A DNA stretch of 64,000 nt, taken from the NCBI RefSeq assembly GCF_009914755.1, contig NC_060947.1; one strand, given 5' to 3'. How positions within the stretch are numbered: the stretch's first letter is position 1; the number at the start of each line of letters is the position of its first letter. A program made the translations under genes and the position numbers. A model generated the notes under the pieces. That model was not told where the DNA came from, did not search any database, and saw nothing but the letters and a program-made list of their open reading frames with translations. Origin of the DNA: the human T2T-CHM13v2.0 reference genome, Homo sapiens. Shown here in pieces: positions 20,344 through 36,000 of this stretch.

Positions 20344-22110
20344 ACGCGCTGAGCTGCATGGAGTTGGGGGGAGGTAACACAAGCACCACTGTGGCCACCA
20401 CCACTAGGACTTCCCTGGGTCAGACCTGAAACCAGCACAGCACTGGCTCTCACCCAAGGCCTGCGGTGACCACTGCCTGGCTACCATCTATGTTTGCTCA
20501 AGGCCCTAGGGCTCTACAATCGGCAGGTGGCAAAGCCAGCCAAGCTTGTGTCTTTCCCTTCTGGGTGGTAAGTTCCCCCAGTCCCCAGGTGGGTCCAGAG
20601 ATACCATACAGGAGCCAGGGCCTACAGTCAGAAACCTTAGGAATCTACCTGGTGCTCTATTTTACTGGGGCTGAGCTGGCACCCAAGCCACAAGACAAAA
20701 CCCTTCCCAATCTTTCCTCCCCACTCTTTCCTCCCCTTTTCATAAGCTGAGGAGTCTTTCCCCATGGCCACCACCACACCAGGCACATAGCAAGTATTGC
20801 CTGCCTACTGCTGATGTTCACTCAAGGGCCAATGACCCTTCAGTCAGCTTGCAATGAATGCTGCCAGTCCTGGGACTATCCCTTCAGGGCAGTGGTACCC
20901 CCTTTGGTGCAGGGAAGGTCCAGAAATGCTGTCCAAGAGCCAAGGCCTGGGATCAAGGACCAAAAGAGACTGCTTGGTGCTCTACTCCACTGTGGCTGAG
21001 CTGACACCTAAGCTGCAAGACAAAGTCCCCTTTACTCTTCCCTCTCCTTTTCTCAAGCAGAAGGGGTCTCTCCCTGTAGCCACCATAGCTGAGAATAATG
21101 CTGGGCCACACCTGAAGCCAATATATTTCTCAGTCTCACCCAAGGCTCACAGTGAGTACTACAGGACTAACACTCCTGATTATTCAGGGTCCAAGGGCTC
21201 TTTAGTCAGTGTGTGATGAATCCTTCCAGAACTGAGTCCTTCCCTTCAAAGCAGCAGGTTCTCTTCTGGCCCAGGATGTGTCTAGAATTGTCATTCAAGA
21301 GCCAGGGCCTGGAATGGGGGCCTCAGGACTCTGCCCAGTGCCCTATCCTACTGTGGCTGAGCCGGTATCCAAGTTGCAAGAGAAAGTCTTCTTGTTTCTT
21401 CCCTCTCTGCTCCTCAAGCAGAAGGAAGGGGTCTTACCTGGAGCTATGAGTTGCACTGCCTGGATTGTGAGAGGGGTGGTACAAGCACTCCCTTGGCCGC
21501 CCCTGCTGGTGTCTCACTAGGTCACATGTACCCCAAGTCTGCTTGCATCATGTGCAGCACAGCACCAGGACTTGCCAAGGAATTGCAGTCCTTGTGGCCC
21601 AGATTACCTTTCAAGTGCATTTAGAACCCCAGAGCACTTTGGCCTGAGGTGGTGAGGCTTACTGGAACTCAGGTTCTGATGGTTGGGATGAACAGTTCCC
21701 CTCTGGCTAGGGCTGGTCTAAATGCTCACTCCAGGGGTTAGCCCAGCTCACTGGGCTGGGTTCTGCCCAGTGTTGCTTCTGCTGTGACAGGGCAGCACTG
21801 AATTCAATGCAATGTCTCAGCCACTATGCTCTCCCTCTTCCAAGTGTACAGATTCTGTCTCCATGCCATGCAGCCACTGCCAGAGGTGCAGGAAGGATGG
21901 TGTCGGGAATGCGTGACTGTCTTTTCTACCCTCTTCAGTGTCTCTTTCAGCAATACGAGGTTAAAAACAGGTACTATGATCCCTCACCTGATTTTTTGTT
22001 ATTTGTTTTTTATGAAGGTGCTTTACGGTGTGTGTAGTTGTTTAATTTGGTGTTCCTGCACAGAGGACGGTTGTTGGAGGCTTCTATTCAGTCATCTTGC
22101 TCTGCCTCCT
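19118..22110 (-). mobile_element. L1 (L1M2/L1MA-age) 5'UTR plus ORF1 region only, 3'-truncated, with a TSD
   Basis: The minus strand begins aggaggcagagcaagatgactgaatag, an L1 start motif. Three diverged 5'UTR monomers lie at ~20650, ~20976 and ~21340, followed by ORF1-like sequence to 19120. TSD CAGTTACCATTTT lies at 19105-19117 and 22111-22123. Confidence 0.8.
20286..20342. repeat. (CT)n(GT)n compound microsatellite
   Basis: Read directly from the sequence. Confidence 0.95.
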
Positions 22111-22142
22111 CAGTTACCATTTTGTTTATGTGTGTGTGGTGA

Positions 22143-22561
<419 letters not shown>

Positions 22562-22699
22562 TCTTTTGCCATATTCTATTTGTTAAAAGTGAGTTCTTGG
22601 GTCTAGCCCACACTCATGGGGAGAGGACTGCATAAGGACTCAAATGCCAGAAAGTGGAAATCACAGGGGTCCATCTCAGAAGCTGCCTACCAGAGTAGT

Positions 22700-23705
22700 A
22701 CTTCCCAGAAATTGAGAAACTGAATGACTCTAATCTTAGGTAACAAATTGTCTTCTGTCTCAGGTGGTTTCTAATTTATTGACTTCAATAACATTTAAGG
22801 AGAACTTAATCAAGTATTCAGATAATAAATTGTTAAAAATATTATTTTATGAAAAATAATTATATGACTTTCTGGCACACAACTCTGAGTTAAAAAATTG
22901 AGTGACAGTAGCATAATTAAACTCTATCAATTCACATATAATTATTGATATGAAAAAGATTTCATAACATTTACTTTTATAAAAATGGAAACAAAATATA
23001 ATTGATGCTGAATCTTGTTCCTGAATGTTATTCAGTATTCATCTGTGAATATAATACCTAGTTGGGAGAAAAGCTCCAATCACATTTTTAAGAAGAAAGG
23101 CATTTTTAATAAAAGTGTAATTTTATCTCTAATAATTGTTTATCAAAATTTATATTTATATTTGTGTTCTTTCAAGTAGTTTGGTACTACTAATAATTAA
23201 AGGACAACTAAATTCAGAAGAATGGTTTTAACATTATTACCTTATGGCAATAGGGAATAAAAAAATTAAATTTCAATTTATGCTTTCTTATGAAGAAATA
23301 TGACAAAGCAATAAAAAATAAAATACTTAAATGCAAAAATTATATAACATTACAATAAAATTTTGTGGGGATGTGGAACGGAAATGAGAATTCAAGGAGA
23401 CAAAGGAATGATGTAAACTTTCTTCCCCTGAAGAAGATTTAAGCCATTTATTTTCTTAACATATGGGTATGAGTAAGAAGTTGCTATAGTATTCAGATTC
23501 CATTGGATGCATTTAAATGAGTAATTACATAGTTTTATTTTAAATGTCAATGTCTACCGTATTCCAGAAATTACATCCTTTGCAACTGTTGAAACTTATG
23601 ATGAAATATTTGGACATCAATCCAAAAATATGTAAGGAGATATATAGATTTTGTTTTTCCAAATTCATTAGAGGGTATGCCAGCAAAATGTTAGAATGCT
23701 CTTGA
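22700..23705. mobile_element. Probable decayed hAT-Charlie DNA transposon sequence (AT-rich)
   Basis: AT-rich tract with motifs such as attgatgctgaatcttg and cattagagggtatgccagcaaaatgttagaatgc, reminiscent of Charlie ends. Assigned by eye only. Confidence 0.4.
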
Positions 23706-23964
23706 TGAGACCCTGAACTAAAACAATTTCAATATATAAATTTTATGTACGTGCACACGCTTGCGCGTGCACACACACACACAAACACACACAGAGTTAT
23801 GGCTATAATAAACTCTCACTGTCCTGAAATTTGCCATGGGATACAGTGTTTCTGTAGGCAAATTAGGATGCAGAGGAGGATAGGAGGTAAGAGCAGTATG
23901 AAATATTGAGAAGCAGCATGCCACTGTCAAAAGGGCAGAGGTTTTGGGGGGGAGTCAAACAACA

Positions 23965-24155
23965 CAGAACGGTTTGGAATACTCCTGTTCTACTTACTAG
24001 CTATGTGATCTCAGACCAGTAAATTCAAGTCTTTGAGTCACAGTTTTCTCAACAGTAAAAATGGGGGGAAATACCTACCAAGCAGAATGGTTGTAGAAGT
24101 CAATATAAAATTCCTAGGCTACTCCCTGGTATGTAGTAAGAGCTATATAATTGTT
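23965..24155 (+). mobile_element. MIR
   Basis: tctacttactagctatgtgatctcag...agtcacagttttctcaacagtaaaaatgggg matches the MIR core. Confidence 0.7.
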
Positions 24156-27100
24156 GATTCCTTCCCCTGTACTTCTGAACATATAATACCAGGAACAAAC
24201 CTTGAGTTCTCATTTTACCCTTTGATGGCCCAGAACAGCAATCTCTCATCCTTGGAAATACACTTATGTTTTGCTACCACAGCTCTTGAAATGAAGTAGA
24301 TATTCAATCAGTATTTCTTAAAATGAACTGAGTCACATTTTCAAGCACAGATTTCCATCTGTGGACATGTTCAAAAAGGGAGAATGATGATTCAACTCCT
24401 GTGGGTATTCAGCCATTTTTTTAATAAACTTGGCTAGATGTCTTGGTATCTGGAAATGCCGGTGGTTTTTTTTTTTTAATCCCTACGTGAGTTTAGCTTT
24501 TTGTTTGTAGGTATTTTAAACAATAAGCAGTTATGTCCTTTAAAAATTTTCTAAAGGTTTTGAGGGAAGAATACTTGATTTTTGACAGAGAATGGAAAGA
24601 TACAGTAGGCCAAGTTATAAACCATAGGCAACTTTTTGTGTGTGTGCATAGAATGCTTTCTGGTGCCCCTCATTGCACCCACTCCACTGATATGAGGATA
24701 TGATTTTAGCTAAGCATTTTGAAAAGAGCTTGAGGACCCCAATTGCTCCCATTCCTCTGGTGCTCACGTGACCTCACGTTGGGAATTATTATGCAATAAT
24801 TTAGCAGAGAAATTATTATAAATACTCTTCTAAACAGTCTTTTTCCATTCATTTATCATGTATCAATTCATTATCTAACTATCCATTTATTTTTTTGATT
24901 CCTGTGTTGAGCAACTCCCACATTGCAAGTGTTCTGTATAGTTCTGGGTATAAAGAGATGATTGTCCAGTGGCGGTGATGGGAATGCCACACAGAATACA
25001 ATTGGAGTACAGCGGTATTACCTGAATCCTAAAGATCAGCAACTATAGCCCACCTGGAAGGATTGGATAAACACAGTAAGCTGCTAATTGTTGAGTAAGG
25101 TAAGCATTCATACATTAATTCATTCAAAAATATGTGTTGATTGTCTGCCAGATGCTAGGTGGTGGGATTATAGCAGTGAATAATATGGATGACAAAATCA
25201 CTTGGTATATAGAAATCTGTTTTATTTATAACCCTTGATTTAAACTGAATTATAACATTATGGATGTGCTTTTGTAATCATACTTATCTAAAACTTTCCA
25301 AGAGATATCATCCCCAATAAATTTTCATTTATTTTCGTGGGACTAGCCTTTCACCTTATCTGATAGACAAATTGGACATTGGCTGTTCCCTTGTTTACTT
25401 TCAGTGTTTGGTAGTGATGCCCTTTTCTACTATCTGTCCTACCCTCTCTACCCAACTATGACTTTGGAACATTTTCCCAGATCAGCTCCTGGCTGGGTGG
25501 TTTTGTGTAAGAGACAAACTACACCACCATAGACAGTGGTCCTGCCTTTTCTCCACTTTCCACAGTGTTTAGGACTTTTGTGCGGCTATAATGTGCACCT
25601 AACGACACATAGCCTTACAGATGTGTTCTAATTCATGTGTGTGCCCTGCATTGCCTTTCAGATTGTCAGCTCCTGTAGAGCAGGCCAAGGCTTCTATTTG
25701 TTTTAGCTCCTTTCACAGTGTGAGTATATATACTCTGATTGTAGAGCACACCCTCAAATGTTGTTGATTTGTCCAGATTCTGAGCACATGGCCATAGCTA
25801 GAGGTTAAATGAACATGCCTGTTCAATTTTACATTTCTCAACAAATCCAAGCTCACAGTTATTTTCCTTGCAATCAAACTGCAAGGCCAATTTCTTACCA
25901 GTTTTTGACAAAGTCTTACATATTCTTTCAGATTTCCTGCAAGCAACTATCTTGTTTAGCAAATTGGAAAACTTTATAACCTAATACAAAGGGAGAGTGG
26001 CAGGCACAAACACAGCAAAAGCAGAGCTAATGATAACTCTTAAGGAGAAAGGCTGCTCCTAGGAATCTTAGGCCCCATGGGCAGGCCGGTTGGAGAGATA
26101 TTTTGGGCAGGGGGACATATTGGGAGGCTTCACTTTAACTGGTAGTTACCTACTTCACTTGAGTATAAGACCAGCTCTACTTCACTTTGATGGGAAAGCA
26201 ACACAAATTGCTGTGACATATACATGCCAAAGAGAAGCGAGAGGGTTCATTTTCCCTGACAAGGGAAGTCTACCTCACTTGGATTGCTTTCTTCTCTTGG
26301 TAGAATTCAGGGCATGCTTCTCAAATGTTGGTGTGTATCAAAATCATATGGGGCATTTGCTAAAAATGCAGATTTCTGGACCTCACTAGAAATTATACAT
26401 TGTATTGTAGTTTTGCTTTGGGGCTAAAAATGTAATTTTAAAAATATGTTAGCATTTTGAAGAGATTATAATTTTTAACTTTATTTTTTCAACTTGTTTA
26501 AAAAATATACAGGAGTCTTCAAAATATGGAGGTAGTCAAAGCCTCCCTCAACCTTGTGGAGACCCTGAAGCCAGAAACATTCCTCAGCAAGTATTCCCAT
26601 ATCCCTCAATGCCCTCCCCTCTAACTTATTGCATCCATGCAGTGTGGTCTATGGGGAGCCAATTCCCTCCCACAAAACAGTCCACAATCCTCATTTACTC
26701 TCTAAGGTTTCTAGGTGGTTAGAATTTACTGTTCTAATCATTCTGGGGCCTGCTGGGAATCACTTTGAGATTGGTTTAGCTAGTCTAGAGCCCTCACAGC
26801 AACTTCAATTTAAGTGTACAAACTCAGCTGCAAAGTGTCAGGGCCAAAAAGAGAGCTGTCCCTCCAGTTATTATTCACTGCCCATCCACTGCCCCCAAGA
26901 CTCCCTTGCACCCTAGTACCGATGCTTCCCAATAGCCCCTTTAACCTTTCCCAAACTCCAAGAGCCCCCTTGGTGAGTGTTGCAAACAGGTCCTTTTCCC
27001 TACTGAGCATGTGCAGTAGTCTAGTGGGCAGCCATTCTGTTTGTCTCCCATCCCCATCCTCAGGCATGAAAGGGCTGCTAATCCCCCTCCCAAATTATGG

Positions 27101-27567
27101 TTTCTAGGTGGTTGGGGTCACTGCTCTGACCATTTGAGGACTTGGCGTGTGTTACTTTTTTTTACTAGTACTCAGCTTCCAGCCTTTTTAACCACCTCAG
27201 CTCCAGTGTGCAAACTCAGGTGCTACACTTCAGGGCAAACCTCAGAACTCAAGCTCCAGCTCCATTCCAGCTCTCCCATCCTCATGTTCCCAATTCCCCT
27301 CACACTCCACTACTGACATCAAGCCAATATTCTGTCTCATTGCTTCAAGAGAGATCCCAGCTATTTGCAGGTGAGAAACAGAAAGCAGAGAAGACATTAC
27401 GAAATAGGTTATATTTGAGCTGGGCCTTGAGACATTAGCAGGATATCTCTGGGCAGAGATGGAGGGAAGAAACTCCTCAGAAAGAGGCTACCATATGAAA
27501 ACTCAAGAAGAATATAGAGGTTGAGCATGCCTTTGAAACCGGGTGAATGTATTAGAATTTGTTTACA

Positions 27568-27760
27568 TCAGTGGTTCTCAAACCTCAGTGGATATCAGAC
27601 TGACCTAGGGTGCTTGTCAAAATGCAGATTCCTGGGTCCCACTGCAGATACACAAAAAAATTATGCTCTGGGGGTGGGAGGCCCAAGAATCTTCATTGTT
27701 TAACAAGCTTCTTTCGATGATTTTGATGCAGGTGGTCGCTGACCATTTTCAGAAACATGA
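27568..27760. mobile_element. MER5A-like hAT MITE (another fragment at ~26310-26390)
   Basis: cagtggttctcaaacc...aaaatgcagattcctgggtccc...ggggtgggaggcccaagaatc...tttaacaagc...tgattttgatgca. Confidence 0.75.
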
Positions 27761-27796
27761 ATTCAGAGTTTCTACCTGCTAATCTAGATATACTCA

Positions 27797-28100
<304 letters not shown>

Positions 28101-29590
28101 TCAGCAGGCCAAAGCAGCTAACCAGCAACTCTTCCTCCTTTCCATCTGTCCCTCTTTTCGCCTGTCCATGTCACCTTCCGTCTCTCTGTTGACAAGACAC
28201 AGGACGGTGGAGAGTAGGTATAATTTGTGCATCCCTGGTGATAATGTTATTAGGCCATGTAGCAAAATGAACCAAGTTAGTTTATCAGGCTACTATGGAA
28301 AGAAGATAGGAGAAGGAGGAACAAAGACAGAATAAACAACCAGTAGTCTTCCCAGCCTTTCCTAATGTGTGCACAATACAACCCAAATATATGGCCTTCT
28401 AACTAATGAATGAGAGAGGGAGGGAGCAGAGATAGAAATGATATTCAGTGGTTATTTAGGCTTGGCACTCTCTGGTCTTTCTAATGGAAAACCAGCAGGC
28501 TGCCTTGCATGGGTAACAATAAAAGTGGCAGAACAAAAGACAATTGCAATTGATCCAGTGTATTGGGTCCCTGAGACTGCACAGGAATCTCCTTTTCATC
28601 TTCTAAAATGGTCCTGCAAGGTCTTCACAGTCATCACTGGATTTTATTTAGAGAGACTGTCACCAACCACGAGCATTTAGTATATAGAACACATGTGTAC
28701 TCATAAAAGCAACACAGGCCATAAACAATGGGCCTTAATTATCTTTCCCTCTCTGATTCCAAGGGATGTGGCAGGAAAAGTTGCAAGCAAATTGGTGAGA
28801 GCACAGGATCCCCAGGGTTCCTTCATCTGTGATCTAACCTCTGACCCACTCTGTTGCCTTCAACAAAGTCATTTACTTTCTGAGAGTCAGAATGAAATTT
28901 GGGCAGTTTTAAAATTCACGATTTCTCATGAAATCAACCAATAGAGTTGCAGGGCTTCTTCAGTTCCCCATACCTTCTCTGTAGTCATCTTGTCAGTTTC
29001 AATTTTTCTCCTGTTCCTGTCCTCCCTTTCCTACCACAAAGTGGGGTAATGGTGAAGGGAGAAGGGAAAAAAAAAGTTCAAGGTAGTTGGAAGCTGGAAC
29101 TGTCAAAATGTAGCTCTTTCCTGGTAGATGCCACCCCTCTCCATTGTTATGGAAGGAAGGTGGGGCCTTAATGGAGTAGGATGGAGGGAGAAGATGGGAG
29201 CAGGGTGCCTTATGTACGGTCAGAAAGAACAGCAACATAGAGGCCTCTGGGTAATATAAAATATGTATATTATAGTTGAGACTTGGAAATAAACATGTTA
29301 CTTCCTTAAAGTCTCCAGTTTATTACTGCAGAAACAATTCTTGTGATATCTCAGGTGGTACTCAAAGGAAATAATGGCCTCGCAGGGCCCTCTGAGCTCA
29401 CATAGTGGAAGAATCCTCCTTACATCCTTAGAAGTGGTGCTTGCCACCATGGGATGGGACTCTTTTTGGACTTTCTGGGGCTACTGTCTTCTCTACATAA
29501 GGGCTTTCTGGCCAATCTCAAACAGATGGACCAGAAAATTAAATGCCAAGTGTTTCACCTGTCAGCCTATCAGTGGGAAAGGGACACTAG

Positions 29591-29973
<383 letters not shown>

Positions 29974-30569
29974 TCTTTTCTGATTTTTACACCCACTCTG
30001 TGAACTGTGAAGTTGGCAGGAAACCCTGTGAAGTTGTTACCTTGCACAGATGTGGCAACTGAGGTTCTGGAGAGAGAAATTACTTCTCTAGGGTCACAGA
30101 TCTAGTCAATGATAAAGCAGATCCAGAATCGAAGTCTTCTGACTCCTGCTTTCATGCACATCTACCACTTACTTCATTTCCTGTCTATGGGGTTACTGCC
30201 TGGACAGGAGTATCCTCATAGAATTCAGTGGGATAATAACTGGAGAGATTAGCCTCTCTTTAGCATCCTGCCACACCCCACTTCACATCAGAAGTGCCAG
30301 CTAGCTTGAACTTCTTTCATCCTCGCTCCCAAACACCTGTGTCTGATCTTCACTCTCCTGCCAACCTTTCTGAGCTTTGGTATGGGCACATCAATACCCA
30401 CTGAACAAATGCTCCTTCTGCCCTCTATCATTTCCCCAGTAAAATTGCAACTCAAGGCTCGACTCCGCAAGAACCTCCTTAAAATGGCCAGAAGCCTAAA
30501 GGCCTGGATAAAAGGACAGCAACTGGGGGGAAAATTTTGCCTCATATATTTCAATTATTTTTTTCCTAA

Positions 30570-30882
30570 ACAGGAACATAGAGCTGGCTCATTTTCATCC
30601 ATCAGTTCGTAGCTCAAGTATTACCTTCTCAAAGAGACCTTCCCTGAGCAACCAACTTAAAGTGTACTTCTCTATTATTCTATTTTTTCTCATACCAATC
30701 ATTGCAAATAAATAATTATTAATGGATTCCTCTCTATTTGCCTATTCTTAGGCTACCCCAGTAGAATCAAAGCCCACTGAGGTTAGAGACTTTGTCTTGT
30801 TCACTATTGTATTCCTAGAGATCAGTCCTAGAGCCTGGCACAAAGTAGGTGTACAATCAAATTTGTAGAATAAATTAATTGA
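30570..30882 (+). mobile_element. L2 3' end
   Basis: agctcaagtattaccttctcaaagagaccttccctga...gactttgtcttgttcact...gagcctggcacaaagtaggtg. Confidence 0.7.
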
Positions 30883-30935
30883 AGACCCAAAGGCAGATAT
30901 GAAACTGAGGGTAGCATCAGCAATATTACCTACCA

Positions 30936-31253
<318 letters not shown>

Positions 31254-32729
31254 ACTTTTCAAGCATATCAGTAAATCTTAATAATTGCTTGATGAAATGG
31301 GTTCCATTACTGTTTCCATTTTATAGATTGGGAAACAGGCTCACCAAAGTGAAAAAATTTGTCTAAAGATGTACAGCTAGAAACTGGTGGACTACAACTC
31401 AAATCTGGATGGGGCAGACGCTAGATGCCAAGTTCTTAACCACTGAGCTATACTGTCTTTTTGGGAAGTGCACCGGCATCAGGAAGGTTCCTGCAAAATG
31501 TGTGGAAACAGAAACAGAGCCTGATCAGGGCCTTGGATTTTGAAGAACAGATCCCTGTATATACTCAGCCAGGCCTTTGACTGCCCAGGTTTCTCTTTTG
31601 CTTATGTTTCCTGCAGAAAAAAGCAGCTTTTTCTGCTTCAGAAGTGACCCTTTAGAGATTCTGCATTCAGCTGTGCAGGTCATATACTGCACAATTTTGG
31701 GAGCACCATTCTAGCAGATGTGGTACTCCTGAATCCCACTGAACTGCTTGTCACCTTTACTGGGCAACTCCAGAGATGTAAATCCTTGAGTCAAGGAGGC
31801 ACAGATCATTCTTTTGGCCTGTGTCTTTCCACTGGGGAGTGAGGGAACCATAATGTAAGAATGGTGGTTTTTGCTGAGCTTAACCTGCAGTTTTCAGAAA
31901 TAACTGGAACTAAGCCAATCAGAACTTCTATTTGTGAGCCTGGATGAAGATAGAGGTATACCTTATCACTTGGGACATGGGAAAAGCTGCAGGTCCGTCC
32001 TCACCTGGAATTCTTACTGGTATCATGTACTCAGATAGTCATAATGTGTGTTTTCTAACTTCCTACCTCACTTATCAGGAACTAACTTTTAACTTCCCAA
32101 GCCATACTTCCATCTTATAGATAGCTTCTAAAAATCACCTCAGGGGTCACTAGACCTGAGTTCCCTCTCACCTACTTCCTTGCACATAGCAGACTCACAA
32201 GTTCTTATGGAAAGAATGAATGAATGAACAAACACACCTGGCATGAAACCCCAGGCAAGTCTCAAACTCGGGAAGCCTGTTTCCTCATCTGTAACATTCA
32301 GATAATAGTGCCTACTTTCATAGAGCTCTTGTGAGGATCGAATAAGACAATATGATATGCTATTGTGCTTTGGAAAGTATAAAGCACTGTATTGACTATA
32401 ATTATAAAATCCATCATCTAGGTAGATTTTCTTTCCATTAGATAATACCCCTACCCACTGCCATAGAAATTTATTGATCTCTAAACACTTGCAATGGATA
32501 TAAATTGACATCATGTATTTTTTAACATAGTCGACAAACTATAGATCAGAGATATCCCCAACCTTTTCCCTATCAATCAGTGAAAAGGTATTTATTGAGT
32601 ATCTTCTATATGTGCCATATTTTACCAGGCACCAGAGGAATATAGAGAAAACCTAAAGCAGAGCCCTTGTCTTCACAGAGCTTTAGTCCTCAAAGTTTGA
32701 AAATAGACACATTTTGAAGCAACTACAGT

Positions 32730-33042
32730 AGGAGGGGGTAAACTATGGCTTGCAGGCCAAATTTGGACTGTCACCTGGTTTTGTATTGCCCATGAGCTAA
32801 GAATGATTTTTTACATTATTAAGTGATTGAAAAAATAAAAATAATATTTTTGACACTTGAAATTATACAAATTTCAAATTTCAGTGTCAATAAGTAAATT
32901 TTTATTGGCACATAGCCATGCCCGTTCATTTATGTACTGCCTATGACCGATTTTGTGTTACAATGGGTAGTTGAGACAGAGTCCACAAAACCTAAGACAC
33001 TCACCATCTGGCCCTTTACAGACAACATTTGCTAACCCCTGA
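32730..33042. mobile_element. MER58B-like hAT MITE
   Basis: ggggtaaactatggcttgcaggccaaat...catctggccctttacagacaacatttgctaacccctg. Confidence 0.75.
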
Positions 33043-36000
33043 ACAAGAAGACAATAAACTTAGGTTTAGTCAGCTTTGTCAGTTGCTCTCTCCTCATTTT
33101 AAAATATTCCGGGAAGTCTTATACATTAGCAATTAATTAATTTGTCCATTTATTCAATAAATATTAAAAGAAAGCCTACTATGTGCCAGAAAGTGTATCC
33201 TGGTTAAGGATGGAGAGATTTCAGCATAAAATATCTCTGAGTTGATTAATGTTCCTGTATGAAACATATGAAATAAGGTATTAAGAGAAAAACCCTGTGG
33301 TATAACCTCCTAGAATATCCATTGGGCAATGGAAACTTCTCTATACCCCCAAGAATCTTTAGGGTCAGGGCAGTGGGAGCTCTGATGAAGTCAGTTGAGT
33401 TGGTTCTAATCACACTAGTCCAAACCTTCTTTAATAATTGGTGTTGATTTCCTAATGAATGAGGAGGCCTACGGTACTTTCTTTCCTTATGTTCTGGGAA
33501 ACTCCTGATACACTACATTTATTAGGAAGGGCTTTGAGATAAATACATTCCTTGACAAGTCTTTGTGATTAGCTCACAATTTTATGGGCCCAGGAGTTCT
33601 GTAAGTTCAAATACCCAGGGGGAAATTGGGATACAGAACAAAACAGAGGAAAAAGCAAAATCCTGTGAGAAAAGAGAGAAATACAATGACTTTCCCCTCC
33701 CACATTTTCACTCTTAGATTTTTTTCTATTTCCTCTTTTAAAGAAAAGCGGATTTACCTTGACAGCTGAGATAACGTAATTCTGCTGTCAGATCTCAAGT
33801 AAAAGGGAGAGTAATGCAGTGGGTTGTAATCTTTGATGCTCCACTGGGTATTCTGACCTCTGTGTTACAGCTAAAGGACACCTCCTTGCCCTTCTGCCTC
33901 TCACATTGAGCCAGGCTATGGCACAAGGCTCCAGTAACCACAGGAAGAGAGAGGGCCTTATTAATATTAATAACTCAGAACTCACATTTAGTTTTTAAAC
34001 CTCAGGTTTCTCAGAAATAAATAAAGTTTCTATCTCTTAGCTTTCTAGTCAAATGATTCCTGGTGCCCAGAACAAGGATTATGGGAATAAGGCAGAAGCC
34101 AAGAAGAACCACACCCTCAGACAATGACCTTTGGGCCATGGACATTTGACTTGTCTACAAATGTTTGTATCCTATGGAGAGAACATTCAGAGACCAATTT
34201 AAGTAGGAAGGCTAAGTATTCCACAAGGATCAATTCTTTTTTTTTTAACTTTTGCTTTAGGTTCCGGGGTACCCTTTGGTTGGCACAACCCTTCAGAGTG
34301 TTGTGGACAGTGGTCCAGAAACACCACAAAAAGCAATACTTTCTGAACCTCAACTCTGATACTTTTGGAAATAAAAACACAGTCATTTTTATCTCAGGAA
34401 TGTCCATGGGTAATTGTTATTTTATGTAGAGGCCAAAGGCACCTTTGACTTGGGGACTATTACACCGACCTGATTCTTTGCAAAACTGTGATGATGGTGA
34501 CATTTCCTTCAGTGTCTCCAATCTCTTTTTCTTGTTGTTGTCCCCTCCTCAGTATTCCTCAGGCGCATTTCCCTTATGGTATCTCTCACTTGCTTGGTCA
34601 CATGGGAAAACCTGATCTTAATAAGGGATTGGACATACTCATTTACACTGAGTCCTAAGCGACCTATTCATAGCTCAAAGCATATTTGCATTATAACTGA
34701 GGACAAATCTTAAGGTAAGGAATTTCTGGATGATAATGAGAGGATGCCTGTAAACCCTTTGAGATGCTAAACTTTATGTATGTTTGCTAATATATGCTTT
34801 TTTCTTGTTCATGTTCATCAGATTGTCAAAGGAATCTGTGACCCATAAAAGGTTAAGTGCAGCCTTAAGGTAAAGAAACAAAATGCAAATAGTGAAATTT
34901 GAAACTGTAGTTCCATGATTGGACAGTCCATGTAGACTCCATGAGAACAAGGACCCAGTCTGTCTTGTTCACCTATCACCCTACTGTATCTCCACTGCCA
35001 AGAATGTAGTGTGGCACATAGTAGTGCCTCAATACATGTTTATTAAGTTATTAAGTTTATTCATTTATCCATACAATAGATATTTATTCAATTGTTAATT
35101 TATTGTTAAGTGAATGAATGAAAGAGTAAAGGACATCAGCCGGTAGATGGGGAGAGGTATTTTTTTTGGGCACTGGAACCTTTCTGTCACTGGCATTGTT
35201 GGTCTTGTCTCTGAGTTACCCAAGATAGTCTTCATGACAATTACTGATGTTCCCGATGAACATCCCAGCTGAGTCTGGGATCCGGAGGAGTAGCTCACAC
35301 ATCTGCCCTGTTTGGTTGCCGTTTAGGACAGGAAAAGAAAATCTACATCCTTTCATTTGTCCTCATCCCATTTCCACTTGCATCTTTGTCAGTCACCAAA
35401 ATCATTAGCAGGTAGAAGCAAGTATCAAAGAATGTTGCTGCTGTTGGAAGCAGAGACTGCTGCTTGGCACAGACCTGCCAAAGTACACCCTGAGAATTTT
35501 GTGGCAAAGAGCTCTCAGCCTCTCAGACAGCTTGCTGACAAAACCAGGAGCAGGCATTGATGCAGAATGACCAAGAAATCTGTTGCTGTCTCAAACCACC
35601 AGGGGGAGGGCCAGGCCAGGCCCAGGCAGAATGGGGGAGGTCTGTCTGAAAAGTCAGCCTTTGGTACCCCCTGCAGCGTTTGCAGAGACAATGCTCCTCC
35701 CTCCTTCCCTGAAGATGGATATTATATAGTCCATTTACTGGTGTGAGTATAATGTCAAGAGAGGCTTTAGGCATGCAAAGAGCTGTCTGGCAAAGAACAA
35801 GGCTGAGATGTCTCAAGGCAGGATGTGTTCATTCAATGAGGAATTCTTGTCATACAAACGAACTTGGTAGTGCTGACCCGTTTACTCCCTGTGGCTGTGG
35901 TTGTCTGCTTGCTCATTTGGGGAGGCTGGAAGTATTAGGGGCAGAGTTGAGAAGAAACTGGTTGTGTGAAGTCTGCTGGACACACTAAAGAAGAAAAAGA

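Noticed and set aside
20640-21420. Three ~330-360 bp spaced repeats resembling an array
   Set aside because: They are diverged monomers of an old L1 5'UTR, not a CRISPR-like or novel array.
35095-35310. Minus-strand ORF or possible cryptic exon with a few CpGs
   Set aside because: It has no recognisable homology, a weak polypyrimidine tract and no convincing splice pair.
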